Positions 9,674 through 19,397 of a stretch of 64,000 nt of DNA are shown here, one piece after another. The number at the start of each line of letters is the position of its first letter. Positions within the stretch are counted from its first letter, which is position 1. The DNA is from Myxococcota bacterium (GTDB lineage: Bacteria > Myxococcota_A > UBA9160 > UBA6930). The notes beneath the pieces are model-generated. The model saw only the letters and a list, made by a program, of their open reading frames with translations. It did no database searches and was not told where the DNA came from. Made by a program: the position numbers and the translations under genes. The stretch covers positions 3,072,001 to 3,136,000 of the forward strand of contig OZ245015.1 in assembly GCA_965223705.1 (NCBI GenBank), written 5' to 3'.

Positions 9674-10899
9674 TAATCGAGTTCCATCACGGTTCGGTAG
9701 TGGGCGTAGAACGCGCGGATCGCCGCTTCTGTGACCATGTGATCTTCATCGTGCACATCGCGGCCGCCCATTTCCATCACGGAAGCTCCCTCGGCGTAGG
9801 GATCGAGACCTTCCTGGCTAAACTTCATCACTTCGCTGTCGTCGGCGGATACGAAACCTGACACGCCCATCAGGTTCGCCTGACGAAGACGCCGGGTGGT
9901 CATCTCTTCGCTGTCGTCGGCGTAGCCGAAAAACGTCCAGTGCAGCCGAAACGCACCCGTGCCTTCGGGAACGATGTGACGTAGCGCCAAGGTGTTCGAT
10001 TGCTGCTGCACGATGATGTTCGGCCAGAGTGTCTGCATGACCACGGTCGCGTCGCCGGGAAACTCGCGGACGGGATCGAGGAGGCGATCGTCGTTGAGGA
10101 CGAGATCCGTTCGCAGGTTGCGGATGTCCTCGGTGGCGTCCGTCGCTCTTTGCTCGCCTTTCCGAGAGACCAAGACCGCGTGACGGCCGGTTTCGTCCAT
10201 TTTTACCGCCGAGGGTTGATCGGCGCGAAATAGGCCGAAGCTCACCAGAAAGACGTGGAGGAGGCTCGCGTGGTACGGATCTTTGATGTTCTCGAACATC
10301 AGTTTCCAGTTCGCGGGGATTCGCTGTTTCTGGTAGCCGAGCACCGTCAGGGCCCGCCCGTCAAACACACGGTCGAAGTAGCCCAACATGGATTCCCCGA
10401 GATACGCCTCGAGGGGCTCGACGGACGGATCGAAGCACGCGAACACGACGCCGTGTCGCTCGCTCGTTTGGAGTTTTCGCAGCGTGTGCTGTTCACGCGC
10501 GAACCCGTCGGGCATGCCGCCCTGCCCTTTGACGCCTCGGCGAAAAGGTACGCCGACGAGGCGACCGTCGAGATCGTAAGACCATTGGTGATAGGGGCAG
10601 ACGAACCGCTTCGTGTTGCCGAGTGATTCTCGACAGAACTGCACGCCGCGGTGGGCGCAACGATTCTCGAACACGTGAATCGCGCCCTTCGCGTCTCGAG
10701 TCACGACGACGGGCTTGTCACCGACGAAAGAGCGCTTGAAATCACCCGCGTTGGGCACCTCGGAAGCGAGAGCGACGTAGTTCCAATGCGGGCCGGAAAA
10801 AATGCGCTCCTGCTCGCGCGCGTAGATTTCCTCGTCGGTATAAACCCAGTAGGGGACGCGAGACACACCTTCGTGCGGCCAACGGCGGCGAGAAGTCAT
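9673..10899 (-). CDS. nagG: Rieske oxygenase alpha subunit (salicylate 5-hydroxylase large subunit-like)
   Basis: Rieske CAHRG...CPYHQW; ENIKDPYHASLLH iron site; SRVPYWVYT and GVPFRRGVK resemble NagG. Confidence 0.88.
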   Translation of the reverse strand: MTSRRRWPHEGVSRVPYWVYTDEEIYAREQERIFSGPHWNYVALASEVPNAGDFKRSFVGDKPVVVTRDAKGAIHVFENRCAHRGVQFCRESLGNTKRFVCPYHQWSYDLDGRLVGVPFRRGVKGQGGMPDGFAREQHTLRKLQTSERHGVVFACFDPSVEPLEAYLGESMLGYFDRVFDGRALTVLGYQKQRIPANWKLMFENIKDPYHASLLHVFLVSFGLFRADQPSAVKMDETGRHAVLVSRKGEQRATDATEDIRNLRTDLVLNDDRLLDPVREFPGDATVVMQTLWPNIIVQQQSNTLALRHIVPEGTGAFRLHWTFFGYADDSEEMTTRRLRQANLMGVSGFVSADDSEVMKFSQEGLDPYAEGASVMEMGGRDVHDEDHMVTEAAIRAFYAHYRTVMELD

Positions 10900-10928
10900 T
10901 GCGATATTCTCCCCGGGCAGCGCCGTGA

Positions 10929-11777
10929 ATCAACCCGAGGTCCCGCCTGCCGGTCGTATACAGCCTTCTCCTCGCCCTGGCTTTGGCGGCGAGCGCTCGC
11001 GGCGAGACGGTGCGGTTCGTGCCCGACCCGTCGCGCTCCGAGATCCGGGTGGACGCGACGTCTACGCTCGGTGCGTTCGACGGTCGTGTCGAGAAGTTCG
11101 AGGCATCGTTTCACTTCGATTCCGACTTGCGCGGACGTGCGGCGGGTACGCTGCGCTTCGACTTCGCCGATCTCGACACGGGGATCGATCGCCGCAACGC
11201 CCACATGCTCCGTTGGATCGACTATCCGAACCACCCCGAGGCTGTGTTTCAGTTGAACGAACTCGAGGGCACTCCGGGTTCGCTGCTCGCGTCGGGATCC
11301 CTCGAGGTCGCAGGTGTTTTGCGCCCGGTGCGCGTTCCGGTAGCGATCTCTTTGAGCGAGGCCGTCGGGACCGTCGACGCGCGAGTCGCCGTCGACTACC
11401 GGGATTGGGGGCTCGAGATCATCCGCCTGCTAGGCGTTCTGACGGTGAAGCCGCAATTCGAGATTGCGGTTCGCCTGATCGGCCCGCTTCAGCCGCCCGA
11501 TTCACCCAGCGACTCGATCTCTTCCCGCGAAAGTCCCGCTTCGCGCAGGACTTCTTCGGTGTGCTGCCCGAGCGCTGGAACAGGCCCCGTGTGGGTCAAC
11601 GGATCGCCGCGGAACGTCACCGGCGACGCCACGGCGGTCATCGTGTCCTCGACTTCACCCGCCGGGATCTCGATAAAGCCGCCGGCGGCGTGGAGCTGCT
11701 GGTCTTCGACGACTTCGGCGAGACTTTGCGCCGGCGCCCACCAGACGTCCTCCTCGTCGAAGCGATCCGCCCAATAA
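10929..11777 (+). CDS. YceI-family secreted lipid-binding protein; both ends uncertain
   Basis: LDTGIDRRNAHM, GSLEVAGV.RPV, VDYRDWGL; signal peptide in frame from ATC 10929; domain ends near 11490 but the frame runs on into the convergent gene. Confidence 0.75.
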   Translation: MNPRSRLPVVYSLLLALALAASARGETVRFVPDPSRSEIRVDATSTLGAFDGRVEKFEASFHFDSDLRGRAAGTLRFDFADLDTGIDRRNAHMLRWIDYPNHPEAVFQLNELEGTPGSLLASGSLEVAGVLRPVRVPVAISLSEAVGTVDARVAVDYRDWGLEIIRLLGVLTVKPQFEIAVRLIGPLQPPDSPSDSISSRESPASRRTSSVCCPSAGTGPVWVNGSPRNVTGDATAVIVSSTSPAGISIKPPAAWSCWSSTTSARLCAGAHQTSSSSKRSAQ

Positions 11778-12700
11778 TCGCGCGGCTTGGTCTTGAACGT
11801 CCGGTCGAACTCCGCCACCAGGGCTTCGCTGTGGCGTTTGCGTGACTTCGCGTCCTTGAAGCGCTCGTCTTCCGCGAGTTCCTCGCGACCGATGGCGCGC
11901 AAGACGCCCGGGAAGTGACGGTCCGCTTCGAGGCCGATCAACCACAGCCACTTGCCGTCGCCGGCTTCGTAGCAATTGACGAGGGCCAACGGATTCTTGT
12001 CGCGCGCCTTGGTCGACTCGATTCGGCCGAACTGGAGCTGAATACCGATGTCGCCTCCGATCGTGTACGCGCCGGCGCGCAAGAGCGACGTCTCGACGAC
12101 GCGCCCTTTCCCTGTTCGGCCGCGCTCGTAGAGAGCGCCGAGAATTCCCGAGACCGTGCTGATTCCGGTGACATGATCCCCCAGGCCGGCGCGTACCCCG
12201 ACCGGAGCCGCGTCCTTCGCGACGAGGTGTCGGGCGATGCCGCCGCGCGCCCAGAATGCACCGATGTCATAGCCCGGCCGATGCGCCTCGGGTCCGTCGA
12301 GGCCGTACCCGGTCACCGTGGCGTAGATGATCTTGGGGAAGCGCTCCGTGACCTGGTCGGGATGCATGCCGAGTTTTTCGAGTGCCGCGGGTCGCATGTT
12401 TGTGAGAAATACATCGGCGCCCTCGAGGAGGCGGTCCATCGCCGCGCGGCCATCTTCCCGCCGAAGGTCGAGCACGACGCTGCGCTTGCCGCGATTGTCG
12501 ATCGCAAACGCCGGGTTCGGCATGTCTTCGCGATAGCCGATGGACTTGAACAAATTGCGTTGCGGGTCGCCCACGGGAGGCTCGACCTTCACCACGTCGG
12601 CTCCCCAATCCGCCATGATGCCGCCTGCCGAAGGGCCGGCGACCCAGACCGTCATCTCGACGACGCGTAACCCGGACAACACCGGAACCGGTGAACTCAT
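11489..12700 (-). CDS. CaiB/BaiF family III CoA-transferase
   Basis: LSGLRVVE, GADVVKVEPP.GDP.R, NRGKRSV.LDL, VTGYG..GP. Confidence 0.95.
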   Translation of the reverse strand: MSSPVPVLSGLRVVEMTVWVAGPSAGGIMADWGADVVKVEPPVGDPQRNLFKSIGYREDMPNPAFAIDNRGKRSVVLDLRREDGRAAMDRLLEGADVFLTNMRPAALEKLGMHPDQVTERFPKIIYATVTGYGLDGPEAHRPGYDIGAFWARGGIARHLVAKDAAPVGVRAGLGDHVTGISTVSGILGALYERGRTGKGRVVETSLLRAGAYTIGGDIGIQLQFGRIESTKARDKNPLALVNCYEAGDGKWLWLIGLEADRHFPGVLRAIGREELAEDERFKDAKSRKRHSEALVAEFDRTFKTKPRDYWADRFDEEDVWWAPAQSLAEVVEDQQLHAAGGFIEIPAGEVEDTMTAVASPVTFRGDPLTHTGPVPALGQHTEEVLREAGLSREEIESLGESGG

Positions 12701-12784
12701 GCGGAGAACCTCCTAGGGAACGCGGCAGCGCGTTCGGGCCCATTGTACGCGCGCGGCGCCCGCTGGGAAAGCGACGACGCCTTC

Positions 12785-13849
12785 TCACGCCCCGAGTTCG
12801 GTCTGCGCGATCTCCCAGCCGCGCTCGGCGAGCGAGCGGGCGCGAGCACCGCGCTCGAGCGCCTCTTCGGACGCGGCGTTGCCCTGCAGACCGCGCACGT
12901 ACACGCCGTGGGCGATGGCGGCGAGTCGGAACATGGAGAACACCATGTAGAACGGCCAGTCGGGGATGGAGTCGCGTCCCACGCGGCGCGCGTAGTCGGC
13001 GACGTAGGCGGACTCCTGCGGGAACCCGCACGCCTCGAGGTCGAGACCGCCGAGGCTCCCGACCTCTCCCGGGGCCAGGTGAAACGGCATGCAGTTGTAG
13101 GCGAAGTCGGCGTAGGGATGGCCCAGCGTCGACAGTTCCCAATCGAGCACCGCGAGGATTCTGGGCTCCGTCGGGTGGAGCACGACGTTCTCGAGGCGAA
13201 AGTCGCCGTGCACGATCGACGTGCGGTCGTCCGCGGGGATGTGATTCGGCAGCCAAGCCATGAGCGCTTCCATGGCCGGGATTTCCTCGGTCTTCGACTT
13301 CGCGTACTGCCGTACCCAGCGCGCGACCTGCCGCTCGATGTAACCCCCCACTTTCCCGTAGCCCTCGAGCCCCACCGAAGCGTAGTCAACACTATGGAGT
13401 GTCGCGATGGTCCGGTTCATCGAGTCGAATATCGCAAGGCGCTCGGCGGGGCTGCGGTCGGGCAGCGTAACCTCGCGCTCGATACGTCCCTCGACGAACT
13501 CCATGACGTAGAACGGGGTCCCGATGACATCCGGGTCGTCGCAGAAGTGCTCGACCTTGGGAAGCGGCACGCCGGAACCCGCCAGGGCGGCGATGACGCG
13601 GAACTCGCGATCGACGGCGTGCGCGGACGGGACGAGCTCTCCGGGGGGTTTCTTCCGCATCACCCAGCGAGTCTCTCCGGACTCCAGCATGAAGGTGGGA
13701 TTCGATTGACCGCCCTCGAACTGAAGGACGCGCAGGGGCGCGGACACGGCCGGTACGTGACGCTCGAGATACCGTTCGAGGGCCTTCTCATCGAAGCGAT
13801 GCGCAGTGCGCACCGGGGTGAGTTGTTGTCCGTCGTCGCCGGCGGTCAT
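12785..13849 (-). CDS. APH-like phosphotransferase (ACAD10/11 N-terminal type)
   Basis: GGQSNPT, RKKPPG, SAHAVDRE, VHGDFRLEN, LDWELSTLGHP; GAGGAG RBS before ATG 13849. Confidence 0.92.
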   Translation of the reverse strand: MTAGDDGQQLTPVRTAHRFDEKALERYLERHVPAVSAPLRVLQFEGGQSNPTFMLESGETRWVMRKKPPGELVPSAHAVDREFRVIAALAGSGVPLPKVEHFCDDPDVIGTPFYVMEFVEGRIEREVTLPDRSPAERLAIFDSMNRTIATLHSVDYASVGLEGYGKVGGYIERQVARWVRQYAKSKTEEIPAMEALMAWLPNHIPADDRTSIVHGDFRLENVVLHPTEPRILAVLDWELSTLGHPYADFAYNCMPFHLAPGEVGSLGGLDLEACGFPQESAYVADYARRVGRDSIPDWPFYMVFSMFRLAAIAHGVYVRGLQGNAASEEALERGARARSLAERGWEIAQTELGA

Positions 13850-13909
13850 GTTCTCCTCGGCGGGCATTGTAACCGCCCCGGGGAGAGCGTGTTCCGTTAC
13901 TCTCGGCGC

Positions 13910-14812
13910 ATGCGGATCTCGATTGCGGGCGTGGGCAAGGTCGGATCGGCGCTGGCCTTTGCGGTGGTGTTGCGCTCGCTCGCGGAGGAGCTGGTACTCC
14001 TCGGCCGCTCCCCGGATCGCTGCGAAGGCGAGGCGCTCGATCTCAGCCATGCCGGCGCCCTCGCCGATCGCCCGCCGCGGGTCGTCGCGAGCGACATCGT
14101 GGGAAGCGCGGGCTCCGACGTTGTCGTGGTAACTGCCTCGACGCCGGTCGCGCCCGATGCCCGTTCGAGGCTCGAGCTCGCGCGTAGCAATGTCGCGCTG
14201 ATGAACGAACTCATCCCCGCCCTCATCGAAGCGAGTCCGCGCGCGATCTTCCTCGTCGTGACGAACCCCGTCGATGTGATCGCCACCCACGTTTGGCGCC
14301 TTGGCGTCCCGGGTGAGCGCGTTATCGGAACGGGCACCCTGATCGATAGCGCTCGCTATCGGAGCCTCCTCTCGGCCGAGGTCGGCATTCACCCCGAAGA
14401 CATCCGCGCGTACATTCTCGGCGAACACGGTGACAGTCAGTTCCCGGCACTTTCCGTCGCCCGCTCTGGCGGTGAGTGGGTCGGCGGATCCGAGGCAGCC
14501 CGCCCGCTCTTCGAAAAAGCGCGGGGGCTCGGCCACGAGGTGATGCAGCGCAAGGGATACACGAGTTACGCGATCGCAATCGCCGCAAGCTTGTTGCTGG
14601 CCTCGATCCGAGACGACGGGCGCCGCACGTTTCCGGTTTCGACGCCCGTCGATGGCTTTGCCGACGTCGACGACGTATGCCTTTCGGTTCCGGCGGTGAT
14701 CGGACGCGCAGGCGTCGTGCGGCAACTCCATCCCGAGCTTTCGGGTGAGGAGATGCTGTCCTTCCAACGATCTGCGGAAGTCGTCCGTACCGCGTACCGA
14801 GACGCCCTATGA
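13910..14812 (+). CDS. L-lactate/malate dehydrogenase superfamily 2-hydroxyacid dehydrogenase
   Basis: GVGKVG, VTNPVD, GTGTLIDSAR, GEHGDS, KGYTSYAI. Confidence 0.92.
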   Translation: MRISIAGVGKVGSALAFAVVLRSLAEELVLLGRSPDRCEGEALDLSHAGALADRPPRVVASDIVGSAGSDVVVVTASTPVAPDARSRLELARSNVALMNELIPALIEASPRAIFLVVTNPVDVIATHVWRLGVPGERVIGTGTLIDSARYRSLLSAEVGIHPEDIRAYILGEHGDSQFPALSVARSGGEWVGGSEAARPLFEKARGLGHEVMQRKGYTSYAIAIAASLLLASIRDDGRRTFPVSTPVDGFADVDDVCLSVPAVIGRAGVVRQLHPELSGEEMLSFQRSAEVVRTAYRDAL

Positions 14813-14851
14813 TGGGCGGGACGAACCCTATTCGGCTATTCGGAGAATGCC

Positions 14852-15991
14852 ATGCTGCTTTCTGAGGAACAGGAGCTGATCCGAGACACGGCGCGCGATT
14901 TCGCGCGCGCCGAGCTCGCCCCACACGCCGCGGAATGGGACCGCGCTGGAAAACTCCCCCGCGACGTGCTGTCGCGCATGGGAGAACTGGGCTTTCTCGG
15001 AATGGTGGTCCCCGAAGAATACGGAGGAGCCGGAGCGGACACCGTCTCCTACGTCCTCGCCCTGATGGAAATCGCCGGAGGCGACGGCGGGGTCTCGACG
15101 ATCATGAGCGTGCAGAATTCGCCGATGTGCGCCGCGATCCTCGGCTACGGAAGCGAGGAACAAAAACGGACGCACTTACCGGTCCTGGCGAGCGGTGAGC
15201 AAATCGGTGCGTTTCTCCTCACGGAACCCCAAGCGGGGTCCGACGCATCGCAGCTATTGACGAAAGCAGTGCCCGACGGCGGCGGCTACGCCCTCTCGGG
15301 CACCAAGCAGTTCATCACGTCGGGTCGGACCGGCGACCTCGCCATGATCTTCGCCGTAACGGACGCCCAAGCGGGAAAGCGCGGAATCAGTTGCTTCCTC
15401 GCGCCGACGGACGCACCGGGTTACATCGTCGCGAAAGAAGAGAAGAAACTCGGGCAGAACTCGTCCGATACCTGCCAGATTGTTCTCGACGGACTGAAGG
15501 TCGACTCGGACGCGATGCTCGGAGCTCCCGGCCAAGGCTACAAGATCGCGCTCGCGAACTTGTCCATCGGTCGCATCGGCATCGCGGCACAGGCCGTGGG
15601 GATGGCGTCAGCGGCACTCGACTTTGCGGTTCAGTACGGGCGAGACCGCGAGTCGTTCGGCCAGCCGATCATCGAGCACCAGGCCGTAGGGCACCGTCTG
15701 GCAGACCTGGCGACCCGGGTGGAGATGGCCCGGCTGGGCGTGTTGCATGCCGCGACACTGCGCGACGCTGGCCGTCCGTGCCTACGAGAAGCGTCGATGG
15801 CAAAGCTGTTTGCTTCGGAAATGGCCGAACAGGTCTGCTCCGGCGCGATCCAGACCTTGGGCGGCTATGGCTACCTCGCCGACTACCCGGTCGAGCGGAT
15901 CTACCGCGACGTCCGGGTCTGCCAGATCTACGAAGGAACGAGCGACGTTCAGCGCATGGTCATCGCGCGTGATCTAGCGACCGATCGCTAG
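14852..15991 (+). CDS. Acyl-CoA dehydrogenase
   Basis: LTEPQAGSD, GTKQFITSG, GRIGIAAQAVG, QTLGGYGY, IYEGTSDVQR. Confidence 0.96.
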   Translation: MLLSEEQELIRDTARDFARAELAPHAAEWDRAGKLPRDVLSRMGELGFLGMVVPEEYGGAGADTVSYVLALMEIAGGDGGVSTIMSVQNSPMCAAILGYGSEEQKRTHLPVLASGEQIGAFLLTEPQAGSDASQLLTKAVPDGGGYALSGTKQFITSGRTGDLAMIFAVTDAQAGKRGISCFLAPTDAPGYIVAKEEKKLGQNSSDTCQIVLDGLKVDSDAMLGAPGQGYKIALANLSIGRIGIAAQAVGMASAALDFAVQYGRDRESFGQPIIEHQAVGHRLADLATRVEMARLGVLHAATLRDAGRPCLREASMAKLFASEMAEQVCSGAIQTLGGYGYLADYPVERIYRDVRVCQIYEGTSDVQRMVIARDLATDR

Positions 15992-18222
15992 AAGCGGTGG
16001 GTCCACGCGACCTTTCCGATGCCCCGCGTTCGGGTGCCGCGAATCCTATCTCCGTCGGCATCGAAGTCCTGGCCGAAGATCAGGTAGAAGTCGTCGCCGG
16101 GCTGCACGATCCAGTGGAGCCTCGCTTGGAAGCCGATGCTCCGGGTGACATTGTCGTATTGGGTCAGCGTCTCGACGGAGATATCGGGATTGATTCCGAT
16201 CGTCGTACGCACACGCAGGAGCCGCTTCGTGAAGTCCCCTTCTTCGAGGGCGACGTCGAACTCTTCGTAGAAAACGCTCGCGGTAAAATGCTTTGACGGT
16301 CGGAAGCCCAGGGTCCCCCGCCACAGCACGAGCTCTCCGTTCCAGAAATCGCCCCAAGCGAATTCGAACTCGACGTTCACCGGGCGCGAGTCGGCGGTTT
16401 TCAGGATCCACTTGTTGCCCCACCAGCTCTGCCGCTGGGGCAACAGCGTGACTCCCTCGGCGATCTCGAACGCCGCTTCGAGTTCCTCCGTGCGACGGAC
16501 GACTTCGACGGCAAAGGAATCGCCCGCCTGGTTCGACAGATCGATGATGCGCCACAACAACCTTGAGGACTGAATCTCCGAACCGTCCGCTGTCGTGACA
16601 TCTCCGTCGAAGGATGTATCGACGGTGCGAAGCCAGCCCTCGGGGCGCCAACGTCGACGCACTTCGGCGTCATAGCGGCGAATTCCGAGCCGATTGACGA
16701 ACCCCAGGCCGGGGAAGAAATTCGCCTCGAGTTCTTGGACGCCGAGCAGAATGTCCCAGCGATCGTTGGGGTACTCGAGCTGCGCACCCCACGCCAGGGA
16801 GTCGCCGGCGAGGCCCGACGTCGATGACCGCTGCACCCAGAAGTCCGCGGCGACGACGCGGTTCCCGAAGACATGACTGTTCCGATAGCGAAAATCCGCA
16901 CCGAACAGATGGTTGTCCCGATTCTGCGACGGATCGCCACGTGTGCCGACGAAGCCGATCGTCGACTCTTCGAACACGTTGTAGCTCATGCGTGCGACGA
17001 GCAGGTTCTTCCGTTCGATATCTGCGATCGAATCGGTGTGCGCTCCCAACAGACCGACACTGAGGGGTCCTTCACGGCCCGAAATCTTGAGCCCTCCGCG
17101 AATGGGCACAGGATCCGGCTCGACGAGTCCGATTTCCTCGAAGAACAAGCCGATCTTTCGAGAGAAATACGGTCGGCCGTTTTCCGTCAACCCTCCGAAG
17201 CCCTCGAAGATCCCGGCGTCTTGCAGGAAGAAGTCGCGTGTCTCCGGAAAGAACTGATCGAAACGCGTGACGTTGATCTGTCGTTCGTCCGGAAAATTCT
17301 CGGCGAAGTCGGTGTTGAGCGTGGCGACGCCGGTGATGCCGGGGGAGAGCTTGTAAAAGATGTCGAGGGAAGGGTCGAAGGACGTGAAGTCCCGGGATGA
17401 CGGGTGTTCGTGTTGCTGTGTCAGCGTCCCGGACGTCACGACATCGAGGCCCAAGCCTTGCTCGAGACCGACCAACCCCGTCAGCACGCCGGCGTTCGCG
17501 ACGTCGAGAAAACTCCGGTTCTGAGAGAAGTTCGTCCACCGTGTGCGCTCGTTGTGACGCCGAATCACGCGCATGGAATTGAAGCCCCAGATCGAGCTAT
17601 CCGGGTCGAAGTTCAGCGTCTGAAACGGAATGCGAAGCTCTGCACTCCAGCCCTCGGCGTCGATCTGCGCCTTCCCGTCCCAAATCCCGTCCCATTCCCG
17701 CCGAAACACGCGATTCGCTTCGGTGAGGGCATCGAGGCGCGCCCCGTTCGCGTTCACCTGAAACATGAAGCCATTGCGGCGATCGTGGAAGGTGTCGAAC
17801 AGGAAGGTCACGCGGTCGTCGGAATCGAGCTCGGCGTCTCGGGCCAGCTTCGTCGCGATGATCGCGGCGGGGTTGTCGTCGAAACAGCGCGCCGCGATGT
17901 ACAAGTAGCGCCCGTCGTGAGCGAGCCGGACTTCCGTCTGGAACGTGGGCTCGACCCCTTCCCGCGGCTCGACCTGGGTGAAGTCGCCGATCGGCGGGAT
18001 CTTCCTCCAGACCTCGTCATCGAGGCGGCCGTCGATGCGAGGAGACACGTCGATCCGCACCACTTCCGCGCGGGCCTCCTCCCCGTTTCCGAGACGTGCG
18101 ACCTCAGCGGCCGCGGGGACTCCGGTGGCTAACCAGACCGCCACGCCGATGGACGCGAGAAATATCGTTCGCGGGCATCGGAGCCGGGGTTTCGACCCGT
18201 CCGCCCGACCCGGGTAGCCCAT
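15988..18222 (-). CDS. Secreted/outer-membrane protein: CBM9-like N-domain plus DUF5916-type beta-barrel
   Basis: Signal peptide, PRIDGRLDDEVW, GWSAELRIPF, NTDFAE..D, FFPETRDFF, C-terminal Phe. Confidence 0.8.
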   Translation of the reverse strand: MGYPGRADGSKPRLRCPRTIFLASIGVAVWLATGVPAAAEVARLGNGEEARAEVVRIDVSPRIDGRLDDEVWRKIPPIGDFTQVEPREGVEPTFQTEVRLAHDGRYLYIAARCFDDNPAAIIATKLARDAELDSDDRVTFLFDTFHDRRNGFMFQVNANGARLDALTEANRVFRREWDGIWDGKAQIDAEGWSAELRIPFQTLNFDPDSSIWGFNSMRVIRRHNERTRWTNFSQNRSFLDVANAGVLTGLVGLEQGLGLDVVTSGTLTQQHEHPSSRDFTSFDPSLDIFYKLSPGITGVATLNTDFAENFPDERQINVTRFDQFFPETRDFFLQDAGIFEGFGGLTENGRPYFSRKIGLFFEEIGLVEPDPVPIRGGLKISGREGPLSVGLLGAHTDSIADIERKNLLVARMSYNVFEESTIGFVGTRGDPSQNRDNHLFGADFRYRNSHVFGNRVVAADFWVQRSSTSGLAGDSLAWGAQLEYPNDRWDILLGVQELEANFFPGLGFVNRLGIRRYDAEVRRRWRPEGWLRTVDTSFDGDVTTADGSEIQSSRLLWRIIDLSNQAGDSFAVEVVRRTEELEAAFEIAEGVTLLPQRQSWWGNKWILKTADSRPVNVEFEFAWGDFWNGELVLWRGTLGFRPSKHFTASVFYEEFDVALEEGDFTKRLLRVRTTIGINPDISVETLTQYDNVTRSIGFQARLHWIVQPGDDFYLIFGQDFDADGDRIRGTRTRGIGKVAWTHRF

Positions 18223-18365
18223 GGGATTCCTCGGGGGTTTCCGGCCGACAAGCGGGCCGGAGCTCGCGAATTGAAGCGCGGCGCCGTTTCCGCGTCAAAC
18301 TGGCGATGAGATTCTCCACGACCGTAGGGGAAAAACCACGAACCAATCGCTATGCTCGGCGCACC

Positions 18366-19397
18366 GTGCTCGGAACCGGTCCGCGATACTTGTGGTGGCT
18401 CTACGTGCTGTTGGCTCTGCAGGTGGCCGGCCTGGCCGACGCCGCGGAACGCGAAAGCCCGTGCCTGCCCCAGGGCGAGACGCTCCTCGCCGCGCCCGAG
18501 ACCTCAGCGCCGGAGAGCGCACGCTTCCTGTTCGCCCCGGGCGAATGCCTTCGCTACCGGGTCTCGTACTTGGGCGTTCCGGTGGGTTACGCGCGGATCG
18601 GTGTCCTCAGTGTCGGGCACCTTCCGACGGGAAGTGCGGTAGCTCACGTCGTCGCCGTAGCCGAGACCAACGCCGTCTTCTCGCGCCTCTACCGCGTCGA
18701 AGATCGAAGCGAAGCTTGGATCGACTTGGCATCTCAGCGGACGCTCCGGACGCGGACCGAGACCCGGCACGCGCGCAAGCGGGTATCCGAGGAAGTCAAC
18801 TTCGACTGGGAGACGCACTTCGTCGCGATTTCGCGAACGAAGTGGCACAAAGAGAAGCACTACGACATCGGCTTCGATTTCGGACCCGACATCCACGATA
18901 CCTTCGACGCCTTCTACGCCATGCGAGCCGCGCGCGACGACGTCGGGGACCGACGCGAGATTCCCATCTACGCGTCCCGGAAGATCTACGGTTTTCATCT
19001 GGATTACGAACGCGTCGAGACGATCGACTCCGAGGCCTTGGGCGCCGTCGAAGCGATCCGTGTGATACCGCGCGACACCGTCGATGGTGAACGCGCGGGG
19101 AACGGCGCGGGTAAGGTCTGGATCACGCGGGACGCCAGGCGACTGCCTCTCCGCATCCGTGGCTGGCTCAATGGCGAAGGTTTCGTGCTCGGCGGAGTCG
19201 CGGCCGAGCTGGTGGAATACGTGCCGGGAACGGAGCCCTTCGCGGCCGGAGAAGCTTCGGTCGCCGACCTCTTCCCGACGCGAGACGGCCGGCCCGCCTG
19301 GGATCCTCCGCCGCATCTCACCGCGTTGCGTCGCGACCGAGGCCTCGTTGCCTGGGAGAAAAAGACGAGGCTACCCTGTCGGGGATGCATCCCCTAG
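18366..19397 (+). CDS. DUF3108-like secreted protein (start uncertain)
   Basis: Signal-like segment, GE.LRYRVSYLGVPVG.A, Y.VEDRSE.WID, VWIT.DARRLP. Confidence 0.7.
   Translation: MLGTGPRYLWWLYVLLALQVAGLADAAERESPCLPQGETLLAAPETSAPESARFLFAPGECLRYRVSYLGVPVGYARIGVLSVGHLPTGSAVAHVVAVAETNAVFSRLYRVEDRSEAWIDLASQRTLRTRTETRHARKRVSEEVNFDWETHFVAISRTKWHKEKHYDIGFDFGPDIHDTFDAFYAMRAARDDVGDRREIPIYASRKIYGFHLDYERVETIDSEALGAVEAIRVIPRDTVDGERAGNGAGKVWITRDARRLPLRIRGWLNGEGFVLGGVAAELVEYVPGTEPFAAGEASVADLFPTRDGRPAWDPPPHLTALRRDRGLVAWEKKTRLPCRGCIP

Noticed and set aside
12743..14812. Apparent 660-689 aa fully overlapping ORFs on opposite strands
   Set aside because: The real genes are divergent (13849 minus, 13910 plus); the extensions are stop-free antisense frames typical of high-GC DNA
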